DNA from: Fusobacteriia bacterium UBA1095
Lineage (GTDB): Bacteria > Fusobacteriota > Fusobacteriia > Bac17 > UBA816
Direction: 5' to 3'
Assembly: GCA_002313635.1 (NCBI GenBank)
Contig: DCBY01000030.1
Location: 3,368-67,367, forward strand
Length of the DNA stretch: 64,000 nt
A program made the position numbers and the translations under genes. The notes beneath the pieces are model-generated. The model did not search any database, was not told the origin of the DNA, and saw nothing but the letters and a program-made list of their open reading frames with translations. The stretch's first letter is position 1. Each line of letters begins with the position of its first letter. Shown here piece after piece: positions 18,255 through 31,696 of this stretch.

Positions 18255-18788
18255 ATGCACCTGGAGGAAAAAATATCTTTAAAAGTCAAAAATAGAGTAA
18301 ATGAACAGATAAGGTCAAGAGAGCTAAGAGTTATATCTGATAGCGGAGAACAACTGGGTATAGTCCCTTTAGAAGAGGCTATGGAGATGGCGAGAGATAG
18401 AGGCCTTGATCTGGTCGAGATATCTGATAAATCTAACCCCCCAGTGGCAAAGATAATAGATTTCGGTAAATTTAGATACGAAAAAGAGAAATCCTACAAA
18501 GAGAATAAGAAGAAGCAAAAAGTTGTTGTGGTTAAAGAGGTGAAAATAAGGCCTCAGATAGATCAGCACGATCTTCTTATAAAGAAAAAACGAGTTCAGG
18601 ATTTTATCTCTGAAGACAAAAAAGTCAAAGTTATCTTAGTATTAAGGGGCAGGCAAAGGCTTCATGCCGATAGAGGTAAAGCCCTTTTAGATGAACTAGC
18701 AGAGGAGTTTGCAGAATATTCCACTGTTGAAAAAAATTATTCTGCGGGCTTTAGCTTACTTTTGAGCCCGAAAGTTAAGAAGAAATAG
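18255..18788 (+). CDS. infC: translation initiation factor IF-3
   Basis: ISLKVKNRVNEQIRSRELRVI... IF3 N-domain and C-domain similarity. Start codon uncertain: in-frame ATA at 18273 lies 4 nt after GGAGGA. Confidence 0.88.
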   Translation: MHLEEKISLKVKNRVNEQIRSRELRVISDSGEQLGIVPLEEAMEMARDRGLDLVEISDKSNPPVAKIIDFGKFRYEKEKSYKENKKKQKVVVVKEVKIRPQIDQHDLLIKKKRVQDFISEDKKVKVILVLRGRQRLHADRGKALLDELAEEFAEYSTVEKNYSAGFSLLLSPKVKKK

Positions 18789-18803
18789 AAATTAGGAGGA
18801 CTT

Positions 18804-18989
18804 TTGAAGACTAACAAAGGTTTAAAAAAGAGAGTTAAGATTACAGGAAGAGGCAAAATTTTGGCTCTAGGTTCCGGTAAAGAGAGAAAGTTGGGCAAAA
18901 AGACAACTGCTAGAAAGAATAGGCTAAAAAGCTTTAGAGAGGTTGCTAAGGAAAATAGCAAAAGACTAAGAAGGATGATGAATATATAA
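18804..18989 (+). CDS. rpmI: 50S ribosomal protein L35 (TTG start)
   Basis: MKTNKGLKKRVKITGRGKI; RBS AGGAGGA at 18793-18799. Confidence 0.9.
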   Translation: MKTNKGLKKRVKITGRGKILALGSGKERKLGKKTTARKNRLKSFREVAKENSKRLRRMMNI

Positions 18990-19339
18990 TGGCAAGAGTA
19001 GCAAGTAGTGTAACTACACATAAAAGGCATAAAAAGATTTTAAATAGAGCTAAAGGTTTTTATGGCGCTAGGAGCAAAAATTATAAGACTGCTAGACAGG
19101 CTGTAAGAAAGGCTATGTCTCATTCAACTAGGGATAGAAAACAGAGACAGAGAAGAATGAGAGAGCTTTGGATAATGAGAATAAATGCTGCTGTTAGGGA
19201 GCATGGCACCTCTTATAATAAATTTATCTCTTCTTTGAAAAAGAGCGGCATAGATTTAGATAGGAAGATGCTGTCTGAAATAGCGATTAACGACAAGGAA
19301 CTCTTTGCAGCTATAATAAGAGAATCCCAATTATCTTAA
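18989..19339 (+). CDS. rplT: 50S ribosomal protein L20
   Basis: MARV..VTTHKRHKKIL..AKGFYGARS signature. Confidence 0.93.
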   Translation: MARVASSVTTHKRHKKILNRAKGFYGARSKNYKTARQAVRKAMSHSTRDRKQRQRRMRELWIMRINAAVREHGTSYNKFISSLKKSGIDLDRKMLSEIAINDKELFAAIIRESQLS

Positions 19340-19348
19340 GGAGTACAA

Positions 19349-19606
19349 ATGGTAAAAATAAGATTAACAAGAATAGGAAGAAAGAAATTACCTTTTTACA
19401 GGTTAGTTGCAATAGATTCTAAAGCTAGGAGAGATGGAAAGCCAATATCCTTTCTAGGTACCTATGATCCAGTTGCAAAGAACACTAATCTTAAGGTAGA
19501 GGAGATTAAAAAGTTTTTGCAAAATGGTGCACAACCAACAAAGACTGTTGAAAGCCTTTTATCAAAAAATGGAATTATCAACAAAGGAGTTAATTTAGCA
19601 CAATGA
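19349..19606 (+). CDS. rpsP: 30S ribosomal protein S16
   Basis: [21 protein letters not shown]; RBS AAGGAG. Confidence 0.93.
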   Translation: MVKIRLTRIGRKKLPFYRLVAIDSKARRDGKPISFLGTYDPVAKNTNLKVEEIKKFLQNGAQPTKTVESLLSKNGIINKGVNLAQ

Positions 19607-20796
19607 CAAATCTTCTATTCATTTTACTGTTTCACTCCATTTGTGGACTCTCTTTTGCTGAGGCAGATTTTGATGAGATAGATAGGCAAGAAGATAATAT
19701 TAGTGATGATTTCAAACCTGAAAACTTTGAAAGCGATGATGTACTTGATGTTCAAACCATTTTTAAGGTTAATGGAAAATATTTTATAAATGAAAAGTTC
19801 AATTCAATAAAAGCTCCTTCAGTTGGCTCTGAGGAGAATAGGGATGTTAATACTGTTAACTCCCCTATGGAATCTTTTGATGGATACAGTTTTCAAATGG
19901 AGAATAGATTCAGGTTTAATTTATATGATGACATAAGATTTGATATACCTTTAAAGATGTCGTATGAGACTGCATATCCTGAAGAAGCTTTAGCTAAGCT
20001 TGAAGATTATGGCAAGATGATAAATAGAGTAGTAAAGGTAGAGATAGGTTTCTGGTTGGATTGGTATGCACTTCCTTTCTTGAAGCTGGGATTAAGAGGA
20101 GCAAAAGACAACAACAATGGTTATTTTGTTGAGCTAAGGAATAAGCTTTACTTAGACAGAAGTAGAACTCATGAAAGTGGCTTCGATGTGTTGGATTGGG
20201 ATGGAATTATTTTTGGTGAATTTTTGTTTAGGCCTAATGAGAATATAAAGATAGAGCCTGAAATACGTTTAGGGCTAAGAAAAGGCTATGAAGAGATAGG
20301 AAAGCCTACTAACGTGAATACTATTTTTTATGTTTCATTATTAGCTCCTTTTAAATTTAAATATGAATTGATGGATGATTTGCATTTTAAGGCAAAGGTA
20401 GAGTTAGGTGGTGACAAAGGATTTTCAGGTGAAAGTAGCTTGCGAGAAGGCAAGTTTGGCTCCAGTGCTGGATATGGTTTATATGCAAAAGGAGGCCTAG
20501 AGTTAGAATACGATATAATGGAGACAGCTACTTTTAGATTCCCTGTTTTAGTAGATTGTAGGCACAGATTGTCTGTCGAGGACTCTTTTAGTGTTGTGAA
20601 GCCTGCTTTGAAAATGTCAACAAAACCTGGCATTGAAGTTGATTTTGCACTATTTAAAAATTTACATCTTCTTTTAGATACAGAACTAGATTATAACTTT
20701 ATGAAGGTTACTTTTGCTGATGATACAGATTTTAAATTTTTGACTAGTCCTATTTTTAAATGGGGTGTTGGTTTTAGATACGATTCTTCCTATTAG
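19603..20796 (+). CDS. putative outer-membrane beta-barrel protein (397 aa)
   Basis: Signal peptide ...HSICGLSFA|EA; amphipathic beta-strand pattern; C-terminal ...GFRYDSSY aromatic end. ATGA overlap with the rpsP stop. Confidence 0.5.
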   Translation: MTNLLFILLFHSICGLSFAEADFDEIDRQEDNISDDFKPENFESDDVLDVQTIFKVNGKYFINEKFNSIKAPSVGSEENRDVNTVNSPMESFDGYSFQMENRFRFNLYDDIRFDIPLKMSYETAYPEEALAKLEDYGKMINRVVKVEIGFWLDWYALPFLKLGLRGAKDNNNGYFVELRNKLYLDRSRTHESGFDVLDWDGIIFGEFLFRPNENIKIEPEIRLGLRKGYEEIGKPTNVNTIFYVSLLAPFKFKYELMDDLHFKAKVELGGDKGFSGESSLREGKFGSSAGYGLYAKGGLELEYDIMETATFRFPVLVDCRHRLSVEDSFSVVKPALKMSTKPGIEVDFALFKNLHLLLDTELDYNFMKVTFADDTDFKFLTSPIFKWGVGFRYDSSY

Positions 20797-21479
20797 GATT
20801 AATTTCCTTATTTAGCTAAGTGTCTCTCTAATTAAATAGTTTGATTTTGATAAATTTGCAAATATCATCTGATAAGCTATAATATATCTAGAAGATGTCA
20901 ATGCTGAGTTTTATTTTTATTATTTGTTTAGAAAACAAATAGATTAAAGGAGAGAATTTGTCAGTTTTCCCTTATAAGCTCAGTATGAAAGCCTCTAAGA
21001 TCATAGACGGAAAGAGTTGAGAGAAATAGTATTTTGCTACAGATGGGATTAAACTGCATTTCTTAATAATACATTTGGCTTTGATGACTAGTAGAAAAGA
21101 TTATATTTTAGTATTGAAAAAATTGTTAAGTAGCTTTACAGTTTTCTATTTAAGTTTTAATAGCATTTAAAAGAGTAATGGCTTTTACAGAGATTATGAA
21201 AATTCAGTTTTTATTATGTCTGAATTTATATTAAAGTACATGATAAAAAAGTTCTGAGATTAAATCTTTAATAGAATAATTTAATAGAAGAAATAGATAA
21301 ACAATTTCTTATTCAAGTAGCACTGAATTTTTATAGAAGAAAGCATTTAGCAAGCTGTGAAGATAAAGTTATTTTTCAACAAAAAGAAAACTGCTGTTAA
21401 TCTTTCTGAATTTTGATATCATAGATATAAAAATATAAATAAGAGTGCGAAACTTTAATTGTAGGTTTAAGGAGAAAAA

Positions 21480-23080
21480 ATGTTGATATATATTTTGCTA
21501 TTAATGTCTTGTCAGATACAAAAACCAAAAATTGAAGATCGAACTGATGACAAACAGACCGAAGACACTTTCATTAGTGAGGAATATGACGAAGTACAGG
21601 TTCATGAAGAGGTATTTGACATCTTTACAAAATTCGCACAGGATTCTAATTTAGATGAGGATGAGATTGCTAAAATAAAAGCCGCTGTTGATCATCTTTA
21701 CCCTGATAACAACTATACTGAGAAAGAATTGAAGGCAGGGTTTAGTGCTAATTTCTATGGCTGGCAGTTTCTTTATGACTCTATGTATGCAGAAGAGGGC
21801 AGTTGTGACCTTAAAAAATTAGTTGAAGAAGACGCTGATTTAAGAGATATTTTCAAAATAATAGTTGCCACTCTAAGGCCTGATGAGATTCACCGTAACA
21901 TATCGTTTAATTTGACGTCTCCAGAGTCTTTAATTAACTCATTGGTTCATAGTAAGTCTTTGGTTGATACTGGATATTCAGTTGATGAAGAATATTTAAC
22001 TGGTAACCAAGGGGCAAAAACTATAAATTTTGCAAAATATTTTGATGACAGTGAGTTATTGGATTATTTGGAAAAGACGGTTTCTTTAGAAGATTTAGGT
22101 TTAACTCCTGCTTATATAATAAAGCATGACCCATTTATAAAGGACATTGAAGCAAAATTGAAAAATGGTAAGAGAGTAACTATTGGAGCAAAAGAATTTA
22201 CTGAAGTGAGTGAAATATATGAATATGATGAGTCTACTGATAGATATGAAATTGCATCTGGTGCTTTAGGTCTGATTAGAAAATCAGAAATGTTTAAAAA
22301 AAGAGTAAAAAGCTTACTGCTAAGTAAGGGTGATATTGATTTTTCCTCAAACCCATTCAAGGATAGGTACAAAGTTAAGGCTATACCTAAAAGTCAAATG
22401 TCTATTCCTCTATTTTTGATTGGTTATTATGGAGGGAAATATGAAGATCTAAATGACTATGTAGATATTGCTTTCTCTACCAATAACCAAGATTTAAAAA
22501 ATACCATCTTTTTAGGCATTGCGTCTATGGTAAGACATTGCGACAATGGTTTAGAAGAAAGGTTAGGGGAGGAGCTACCTGTACTTGTTAATCAGTTACT
22601 AGATCATTTAGAAGATGAAGTCGAAAAAGAGAGAGTTTTATTGATATTAGATAAAGATATTAAGTATAGATTAATAAAAGCTTTGTCGAATGATGTTCGT
22701 ATAAAAGTTTTTTCACAGATTAAAGAAGTAGATGCAAATTTATTTACCAATGCCGAAATGGCTGAAATAAATAAGGTAATCTTTGGAAAATTGTTTTCTG
22801 AAGCCGGAAATGAGACTCCTTCAAGTGGCTGGGAAGTATCAGTTATCAACAAGAGAATTGACATGAGGGTTGTTCAGAAAATGAAAGATTGGTTCCATTC
22901 AAATATTATAAATGGATATGATTGGGCTAATTTGTTGACTAAAGTAGTAAGAAATGATGCGTCTGTTCAGAGTATTAAAGAAGTTGTTAGTGGGTTTAAT
23001 CTAGCCTACCCCTATATAATGAAGCCGGCAGCACAGGCCCTCTATATCCTATACAGAGAAGGAATAATAAGTTTAAAAAA

Positions 23081-23084
<4 letters not shown>
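21480..23084 (+). CDS. hypothetical lipoprotein (lipobox LLMSC), family X member 1
   Basis: RBS AAGGAG then ATG. Paralog of 23081-24547 (MVRHCDNGLEERLGEELP vs AARHCSKGMHERVDEHLLP). Confidence 0.6.
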
Positions 23085-26163
<3,079 letters not shown>

Positions 26164-26433
26164 CTACTCTTCCTCCTTTACTATTGCTAATATCTCTTTC
26201 TCCTCAACTATGAGAAGCTTTTTAGTGCTGTCGCTTACTTCTGTGCTTGAAAATTTACTGTACACCACAGTATCTCCCAAAGAAACTTTCGTTACATCTC
26301 CTCCTACTTCAATGATTCTACCTAAGTTGTCAAAATCATCCCCAGAAGAGGGTATGTAGATTCCAGACTCCGTTCTGCTTTTTTTCTCTACTGGTTTTAG
26401 CAGAACCCTATTTCCTATGGGTTTTATTTTCAT
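26164..26433 (-). CDS. groS: co-chaperonin GroES
   Basis: MKIKPIGNRVLLKP...; RBS AGGAGGA before the Met at 26433. The ORF-track start at 26457 is an upstream extension. Confidence 0.93.
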   Translation of the reverse strand: MKIKPIGNRVLLKPVEKKSRTESGIYIPSSGDDFDNLGRIIEVGGDVTKVSLGDTVVYSKFSSTEVSDSTKKLLIVEEKEILAIVKEEE

Positions 26434-26450
26434 GGATCCTCCTTTTACTA

Positions 26451-26477
26451 TTAGCAATCTCCTTACTTGAGTGCTAA
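26451..26477. promoter_or_regulatory. CIRCE (HrcA operator) TTAGCAaTC-N9-GAGTGCTAA
   Basis: 9-nt inverted repeat with a 9-nt spacer, one mismatch to consensus, in the groES leader. Confidence 0.6.
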
Positions 26478-26481
26478 ATAT

Positions 26482-26509
26482 AGTATAAACTAAAAGTAAT
26501 TTTAGTCAA
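26482..26509 (-). promoter_or_regulatory. groESL sigma70 promoter (minus strand TTGACT-16-TATACT)
   Basis: Hexamers read on the reverse strand; predicted TSS falls inside CIRCE. Confidence 0.45.
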
Positions 26510-26629
26510 TATGTAAATTTTGAAATAAAATTGATTTAATTTGTTATTACTCAGCTATTTTATTGCAGAAACCTCAGTTTAATGATAAAATTAACAAAAG
26601 TGATTTTTCGTAATAAAAGAGGTAATTTA

Positions 26630-27895
26630 ATGAACAAATTTTTCTCCACGGCCTTGAATAAATTAAAAAAGCTATTCTCAGGAAGAGTTATTGCTGTTAT
26701 AGACATCGGCACTGATAAAGTTAAAACAGTTGTTGCAAAGCCTAGTGGGGATGGTTTTTTTGAAATTTTAGGATATGGAGTTGCTAAATCAAAAGGTTTA
26801 AGAAGAGGTACTGTTGTTGATATGGAGGATCTTTCTAAATCAGTGGCCATATCTGTTAGCGAAGCTGAAAAATTTTCTGATACACAGATTGATTCAGTTG
26901 TTATAAATATATCTGGAGATCATCTATCTTCAGTTAACACTAAAGCTACGTTAGAGCTTGCTAGTTTCCCTAAAGAAGTTACTGATGAAGATAGAAAGAA
27001 ATTAGAATCAATTATTGAACAAAAAGTGGTAGGAGTGGAGAGAGCTATTGTTCACAGAGTTGCCTACAATTATGTCCTAGATGGAGAGAGCATAGTTAAT
27101 AACCCTGTGGGGATGTTAGCGTCTACTATGAGCGCCAATATACATCTTTTAGTTGGAAGGCTGGGTGCTATAGATGCATTGATAAGAAGTGTTGAAGCAG
27201 CAGGTATCAAAGTCAAAGATGTTGTCTTTGACGCATGGGCCTCCTCCATGTCGGCTCTTTCATACACAGAGAGAAGAATGGGAGCTATCTTAGTAGATAT
27301 AGGTGACAGTAAGACTGATGTAGCTGTTATAAAGGAAGGCAATTTGATCTACTCCTGTGTTATCCCCATAGGTGGTGTAAACTTCACTAACGATATAGCA
27401 TCAGTTCTTAATTTAGATTTCAAAACTGCTGAGCACTTGAAAAAGAATTTGCCCAATCTTATGGAGAGCTCTAAGCAGGATAGTATAGAGGTAAAAACTT
27501 TCGATTCAGATGAGGTTGTAAGGGTCAGCCTAACTTACCTTAGATCGATTGTTGAGGCAAGGGTGTCTGAATTAATAGATATGATGTTAAGTTCCACATC
27601 TATATACAAGTTTATCCCTTTTGTTAATACTGTGGTGATAACAGGGGGCTCAGCCAAAGTTTGGGGATTGAAACATATGCTGGGCAAGTCATTGAATTTA
27701 CACGTTAGGTATGGGGTTCCTTCTGTGGATTCAGAACTTCCTGAAGAACTGAAAAATGAAGATGCCTCAACAGTGGTGGGGTTGGTATGTTATTCTTTAA
27801 TTAGTGGTAAGAAGAATAGAAGTTTAGAAAATAGAATGACTTTGGCTTCTATTTTTGATAGAATAAGAGAGTTATTTGATAGATATTTAGGTTAG
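26630..27895 (+). CDS. ftsA: cell division protein FtsA
   Basis: VIAVIDIGTDKVKTVV actin-like ATPase N-terminus; RBS AAAGAGG before ATG 26630. Confidence 0.92.
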   Translation: MNKFFSTALNKLKKLFSGRVIAVIDIGTDKVKTVVAKPSGDGFFEILGYGVAKSKGLRRGTVVDMEDLSKSVAISVSEAEKFSDTQIDSVVINISGDHLSSVNTKATLELASFPKEVTDEDRKKLESIIEQKVVGVERAIVHRVAYNYVLDGESIVNNPVGMLASTMSANIHLLVGRLGAIDALIRSVEAAGIKVKDVVFDAWASSMSALSYTERRMGAILVDIGDSKTDVAVIKEGNLIYSCVIPIGGVNFTNDIASVLNLDFKTAEHLKKNLPNLMESSKQDSIEVKTFDSDEVVRVSLTYLRSIVEARVSELIDMMLSSTSIYKFIPFVNTVVITGGSAKVWGLKHMLGKSLNLHVRYGVPSVDSELPEELKNEDASTVVGLVCYSLISGKKNRSLENRMTLASIFDRIRELFDRYLG

Positions 27896-27903
27896 GAGTT
27901 TAA

Positions 27904-29076
27904 ATGAAAAAAGGTTCATCAAAATCAAAGGAAGAAAAGAAGGTTACTAGAAAAGCTAGACAGAGAGACCTTGGAACAGTTAGCAAAGGCTCTATAGCTA
28001 AGATAAAAGTGTTGGGAATGGGTGGAGCAGGTGGTAATGCTGTAGATTTTATGAAGAGAGACAGTGACTCTGGAGATATAGAATTTATAGCTATGAATAC
28101 TGATGCTCAGGACCTAAATAGCTCTGATGCTGACATCAAAATTCAATTAGGTGAAAAGATAACTAAAGGCCTAGGTGCTGGTGCCAACCCTGAAATAGGT
28201 AAGCTAGGTGCTGAAGAGGATAAGGATAAAATAAAGAGTGCTATAGTTGGTACAGATCTTCTTTTCATAACCGCAGGAATGGGGGGAGGTACTGGTACTG
28301 GTTCTGCCCCTGTTGTTGCTAGAATAGCTAAAGAGATGGGTATACTTACCGTGGCAGTAGTTACAAAGCCTTTTAACTTCGAAGGTTTGAAAAGAAGGCA
28401 AAATTCAATGGCAGGTATAAATGAGTTGTCACAATATGTTGATACTCTGGTTGTTATACCTAACGAGAAGCTTTTTGAGTTACCTAACAAAGGTATCTCA
28501 CTTGTGAATGCTTTTGAATCCGCAAATGGTATACTTAAAATAGGTATAAGAGGTATATCAGACTTAATAACCAAGCAAGGGTATATAAACTTAGACTTTG
28601 CTGATATAAGATCCATAATGTCAGAGTCTGGTGTAGCTATGTTAGGATTTGGTTATGCTGAAGGTGAGGATAGAGCCAAGATTGCAGCTGAGCAGGCACT
28701 AAACAGTCCTCTTCTTGAAAGACCTATTACTGGAGCTAGAAAGATACTTCTTAACATATCTGGTGATCCTGAATTAGGTCTTAATGAGGCAAGCCAAATA
28801 GCTGAGATGGTATCATCTGCTACAGGTGACACTGCTACAGATGTTATATTTGGTACTGTTATTGATTCTAGCCTTAACAAAGGCATAAAGGTTACTATTA
28901 TAGCTACTGATTTTATGGATGGTCCAGATCCTAGAGTAGCTAATAACTCCAACAGAGTGGAGTTAGGCCCCGAAAAGAGATCTTTTCAGGATAGTTCCAG
29001 AGAGCATGTCGAAAGTTCATCAGACTACTCTGATGTTCTAGATATACCGGCATTTTTAAGAAGAAATAGAAAGTAG
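27904..29076 (+). CDS. ftsZ: cell division GTPase FtsZ
   Basis: GGGTGTG tubulin signature; IKVLGMGGAGGNAV. Confidence 0.96.
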   Translation: MKKGSSKSKEEKKVTRKARQRDLGTVSKGSIAKIKVLGMGGAGGNAVDFMKRDSDSGDIEFIAMNTDAQDLNSSDADIKIQLGEKITKGLGAGANPEIGKLGAEEDKDKIKSAIVGTDLLFITAGMGGGTGTGSAPVVARIAKEMGILTVAVVTKPFNFEGLKRRQNSMAGINELSQYVDTLVVIPNEKLFELPNKGISLVNAFESANGILKIGIRGISDLITKQGYINLDFADIRSIMSESGVAMLGFGYAEGEDRAKIAAEQALNSPLLERPITGARKILLNISGDPELGLNEASQIAEMVSSATGDTATDVIFGTVIDSSLNKGIKVTIIATDFMDGPDPRVANNSNRVELGPEKRSFQDSSREHVESSSDYSDVLDIPAFLRRNRK

Positions 29077-29090
29077 ATTAGGAGATTAAA

Positions 29091-29510
29091 TTGTTGAAAA
29101 AATATGAAATGATGGTAATATTAGACCCAACAAAAGAGGAAAATATCAGCGCAATATCACAATCTGTTGAAAAAGTGCTGACTGACTCAGGCGCTTCTGA
29201 GTTGTCTTTTGAAGATTTAGGAGTTAAGGAGCTTGCTTACAGTATAAATAAGCAGAAAAAGGGGCACTATTTCCTTTACAAATTTAGCTCTGAAGGTTCA
29301 GGGAATAAAGATATAGAGAAAAAACTAAACATGAATGAAGATGTGTTTAGATACCTCATAATTCGTGACGAAAGTGAGAAGATCCTAAAGAAAATTAAGG
29401 ACAAATCTGAAGCAAGAAGTCTTAGGAAAAAAGAGAGAGAAGCAAAGAAACCTAGGACAAAAGAGGATGGAGATAATAGAAAGCATTTTAAGAGAGAGGA
29501 GAAAGCATAG
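29091..29510 (+). CDS. rpsF: 30S ribosomal protein S6 (TTG start) with a basic C-terminal extension
   Basis: KKYEMMVILDP matches the S6 N-terminus pattern; RBS AGGAG. Confidence 0.9.
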   Translation: MLKKYEMMVILDPTKEENISAISQSVEKVLTDSGASELSFEDLGVKELAYSINKQKKGHYFLYKFSSEGSGNKDIEKKLNMNEDVFRYLIIRDESEKILKKIKDKSEARSLRKKEREAKKPRTKEDGDNRKHFKREEKA

Positions 29511-29917
29511 TGTCAGTTAATATGGTTGTTCTAACCGGAAGATTAACAGCTGATCCAGAGCTTAAGTACACACAGACTGGAAAAGCACTTGTTAGGTTTG
29601 CATTGGCTGTTAACAGAAGGTACAATAGAGATGAAACAGACTTTATCAATGTAACTGCTTGGGATAAGAAAGCTGAACTAGCTTCCCAGTACCTACACAA
29701 AGGTAGTCTTATAGCAGTGACAGGCTCTATAAGAGTTAGAAGCTATGATGATTCAGAGGGTATTAGAAGGAAGTCAACTGAAGTTTTGGTAGAAAATCTT
29801 GAGTTTTTGGATTCTAAGAAATCTGATTCTAGTGGATCTAGCTCTGGTGAGTCTAATTTAAGTATCGCTGAGACGGAAAACAAAAGTAACGTTTCAGATG
29901 ATGATTTCCCATTTTAA
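29510..29917 (+). CDS. ssb: single-stranded DNA-binding protein
   Basis: NMVVLTGRLTADPEL OB-fold start; C-terminal DDDFPF tail. Alternative ATG at 29522. Confidence 0.9.
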   Translation: MSVNMVVLTGRLTADPELKYTQTGKALVRFALAVNRRYNRDETDFINVTAWDKKAELASQYLHKGSLIAVTGSIRVRSYDDSEGIRRKSTEVLVENLEFLDSKKSDSSGSSSGESNLSIAETENKSNVSDDDFPF

Positions 29918-29936
29918 TTAAAGGAGTATTTTGTTT

Positions 29937-30152
29937 ATGAAAAGACGAAAAATAAAGAAGAGATGTGAATTTTCTCAGAAAAAAATAGGATATGTTGATT
30001 ACAAAGATATAGATCTATTAAAAAGGTTTGTAACTGAAAAGGGTAGAATGCTTCCAGCAAAGACTACTGGCCTGTGTTCTGCTTATCAAAAGAAGCTTAC
30101 CACAGCTATAAAGAGAGCTAGACATATGGCTCTGTTACCTTTCATTAACTAG
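29937..30152 (+). CDS. rpsR: 30S ribosomal protein S18
   Basis: [31 protein letters not shown]; AAGGAG 10 nt before the ATG. Confidence 0.92.
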   Translation: MKRRKIKKRCEFSQKKIGYVDYKDIDLLKRFVTEKGRMLPAKTTGLCSAYQKKLTTAIKRARHMALLPFIN

Positions 30153-31111
30153 TTAGGTAACCCTATTGCTTTTCTAACTTGTTGTATTTTTTTCTTGGCT
30201 ATTCCTCTGGCAAAAGAGCTGCTTTTCTCCAGCTCTTTTTTTACGTCTTCAATGTTCTTTACTAACCCTTTTCTTCTATTTCTAATGGGTTCTATGAAGT
30301 TATTTATCTTTTCAAAAAGCTCTTTTTTTAATGTACCATAGCCAATATTACCCTTTTCATATCTACTTTTAAGTAATTGTTGCTCTTCTTTGTTTAAAAA
30401 TAATTTGTATAAGCTAGCAATGTTACACCCTTCATAGTCTTTAGGTTCTTCAACACCTCTTGAGTCAGTCACTATGGACATTATCTGTTTTTTTATCTTA
30501 TTCTCTTCAGCAAAAATTTCTATAGTATTTCCATAGCTTTTGGACATTTTTTGACCATCTATTCCTTTTACTGTCTCATACTCTTCCATAATCTCTACAT
30601 CAGGTATCTTAAAGACCTCCCCATATATGGAGTTGAATTTGATAGCTATATCTCTTGCCATCTCAACATGCTGCTTCTGATCTTTACCAACAGGGACTAA
30701 ATCTGCATCATACATCAATATATCTGCTGCCATCAACACTGGGTAGAGGAATGTTCCAACATTAATTTTTTCTTCCCCTTTAGCTTTAAAAGCATGTGCT
30801 CTCTTCATAAGGCCAAATGGTGTTAAATTAGATAATATCCAACATAATTCTGCATGCTCTGGTATGCTTGACTGTATAAATATGGTTGATTTGTTGAAGT
30901 CTAACCCGAAAGCAAGGTAATCGAGGATTATGTCCCAGCTATTTTCAGCTAATTGTTTAGGGTCAGGTGTTGTTGTAAGGGCGTGATAATCTGCTATAAA
31001 GTAGAAATTTTCTCCATTGTCTTGATTATCAATATACTGCTTTATTGCTCCAAAGTAGTTACCTAAATGTATTTTGCCAGTTGGCTTAATTCCTGAAAGT
31101 CTTCTTCTCAT
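30149..31111 (-). CDS. trpS: tryptophanyl-tRNA synthetase
   Basis: [15 protein letters not shown] (HIGH-class); KMSKS at KMSKSYGN. Confidence 0.93.
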   Translation of the reverse strand: MRRRLSGIKPTGKIHLGNYFGAIKQYIDNQDNGENFYFIADYHALTTTPDPKQLAENSWDIILDYLAFGLDFNKSTIFIQSSIPEHAELCWILSNLTPFGLMKRAHAFKAKGEEKINVGTFLYPVLMAADILMYDADLVPVGKDQKQHVEMARDIAIKFNSIYGEVFKIPDVEIMEEYETVKGIDGQKMSKSYGNTIEIFAEENKIKKQIMSIVTDSRGVEEPKDYEGCNIASLYKLFLNKEEQQLLKSRYEKGNIGYGTLKKELFEKINNFIEPIRNRRKGLVKNIEDVKKELEKSSSFARGIAKKKIQQVRKAIGLPN

Positions 31112-31692
31112 TATGCTTCCTCCCTATTAGATAGTGATCTTGAAAGAGTATCTCTATCCGTTACACTAACTTTGCCTGAAGAGGGAATACCAACTGCTAT
31201 TTTGCTTATTTTTACTCTACCTTTCAGCTGCTGTATTATTACTTCTGATGTTAGATTTCCTTCTACGTCTCTATCTAACGCTAATATAACCTCTTCTATA
31301 TTTTCATTTGCAATTCTATTACCTAATCTATCTATGTCAAGATCTTCCTTATTTATACCTTGTATTGGATCTATTTTACCTTTAATTATGTGGTACTTAC
31401 CATTAAAAGGTGTTTTTTCTATATTAACTAAATCAACTATATTATGGACTATACAGAGTGTTTTAGATTGTGACCTGGTTTTGCATATTCTGCATATCTC
31501 TTCTTGCGCAAAATTGTTACATAGACTGCACAGTTTTATAGATGAGAGTGCTCCTGTCAAAGATTCTTGAATTAAATCGCCAATTTCCCTATTCTCTAGA
31601 ATAAAGAACGCAATATTCTCAGCATTCTTCTTACTGATAGTTGGTATCTTTGCTAAAGCATGAGCTAAATTTGTTATATATTTATTTATCAT
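31111..31692 (-). CDS. recR: recombination protein RecR
   Basis: C4 zinc finger CSLCNNFAQEEICRIC; Toprim DVEGN. Confidence 0.93.
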   Translation of the reverse strand: MINKYITNLAHALAKIPTISKKNAENIAFFILENREIGDLIQESLTGALSSIKLCSLCNNFAQEEICRICKTRSQSKTLCIVHNIVDLVNIEKTPFNGKYHIIKGKIDPIQGINKEDLDIDRLGNRIANENIEEVILALDRDVEGNLTSEVIIQQLKGRVKISKIAVGIPSSGKVSVTDRDTLSRSLSNREEA

Positions 31693-31696
31693 ATAG

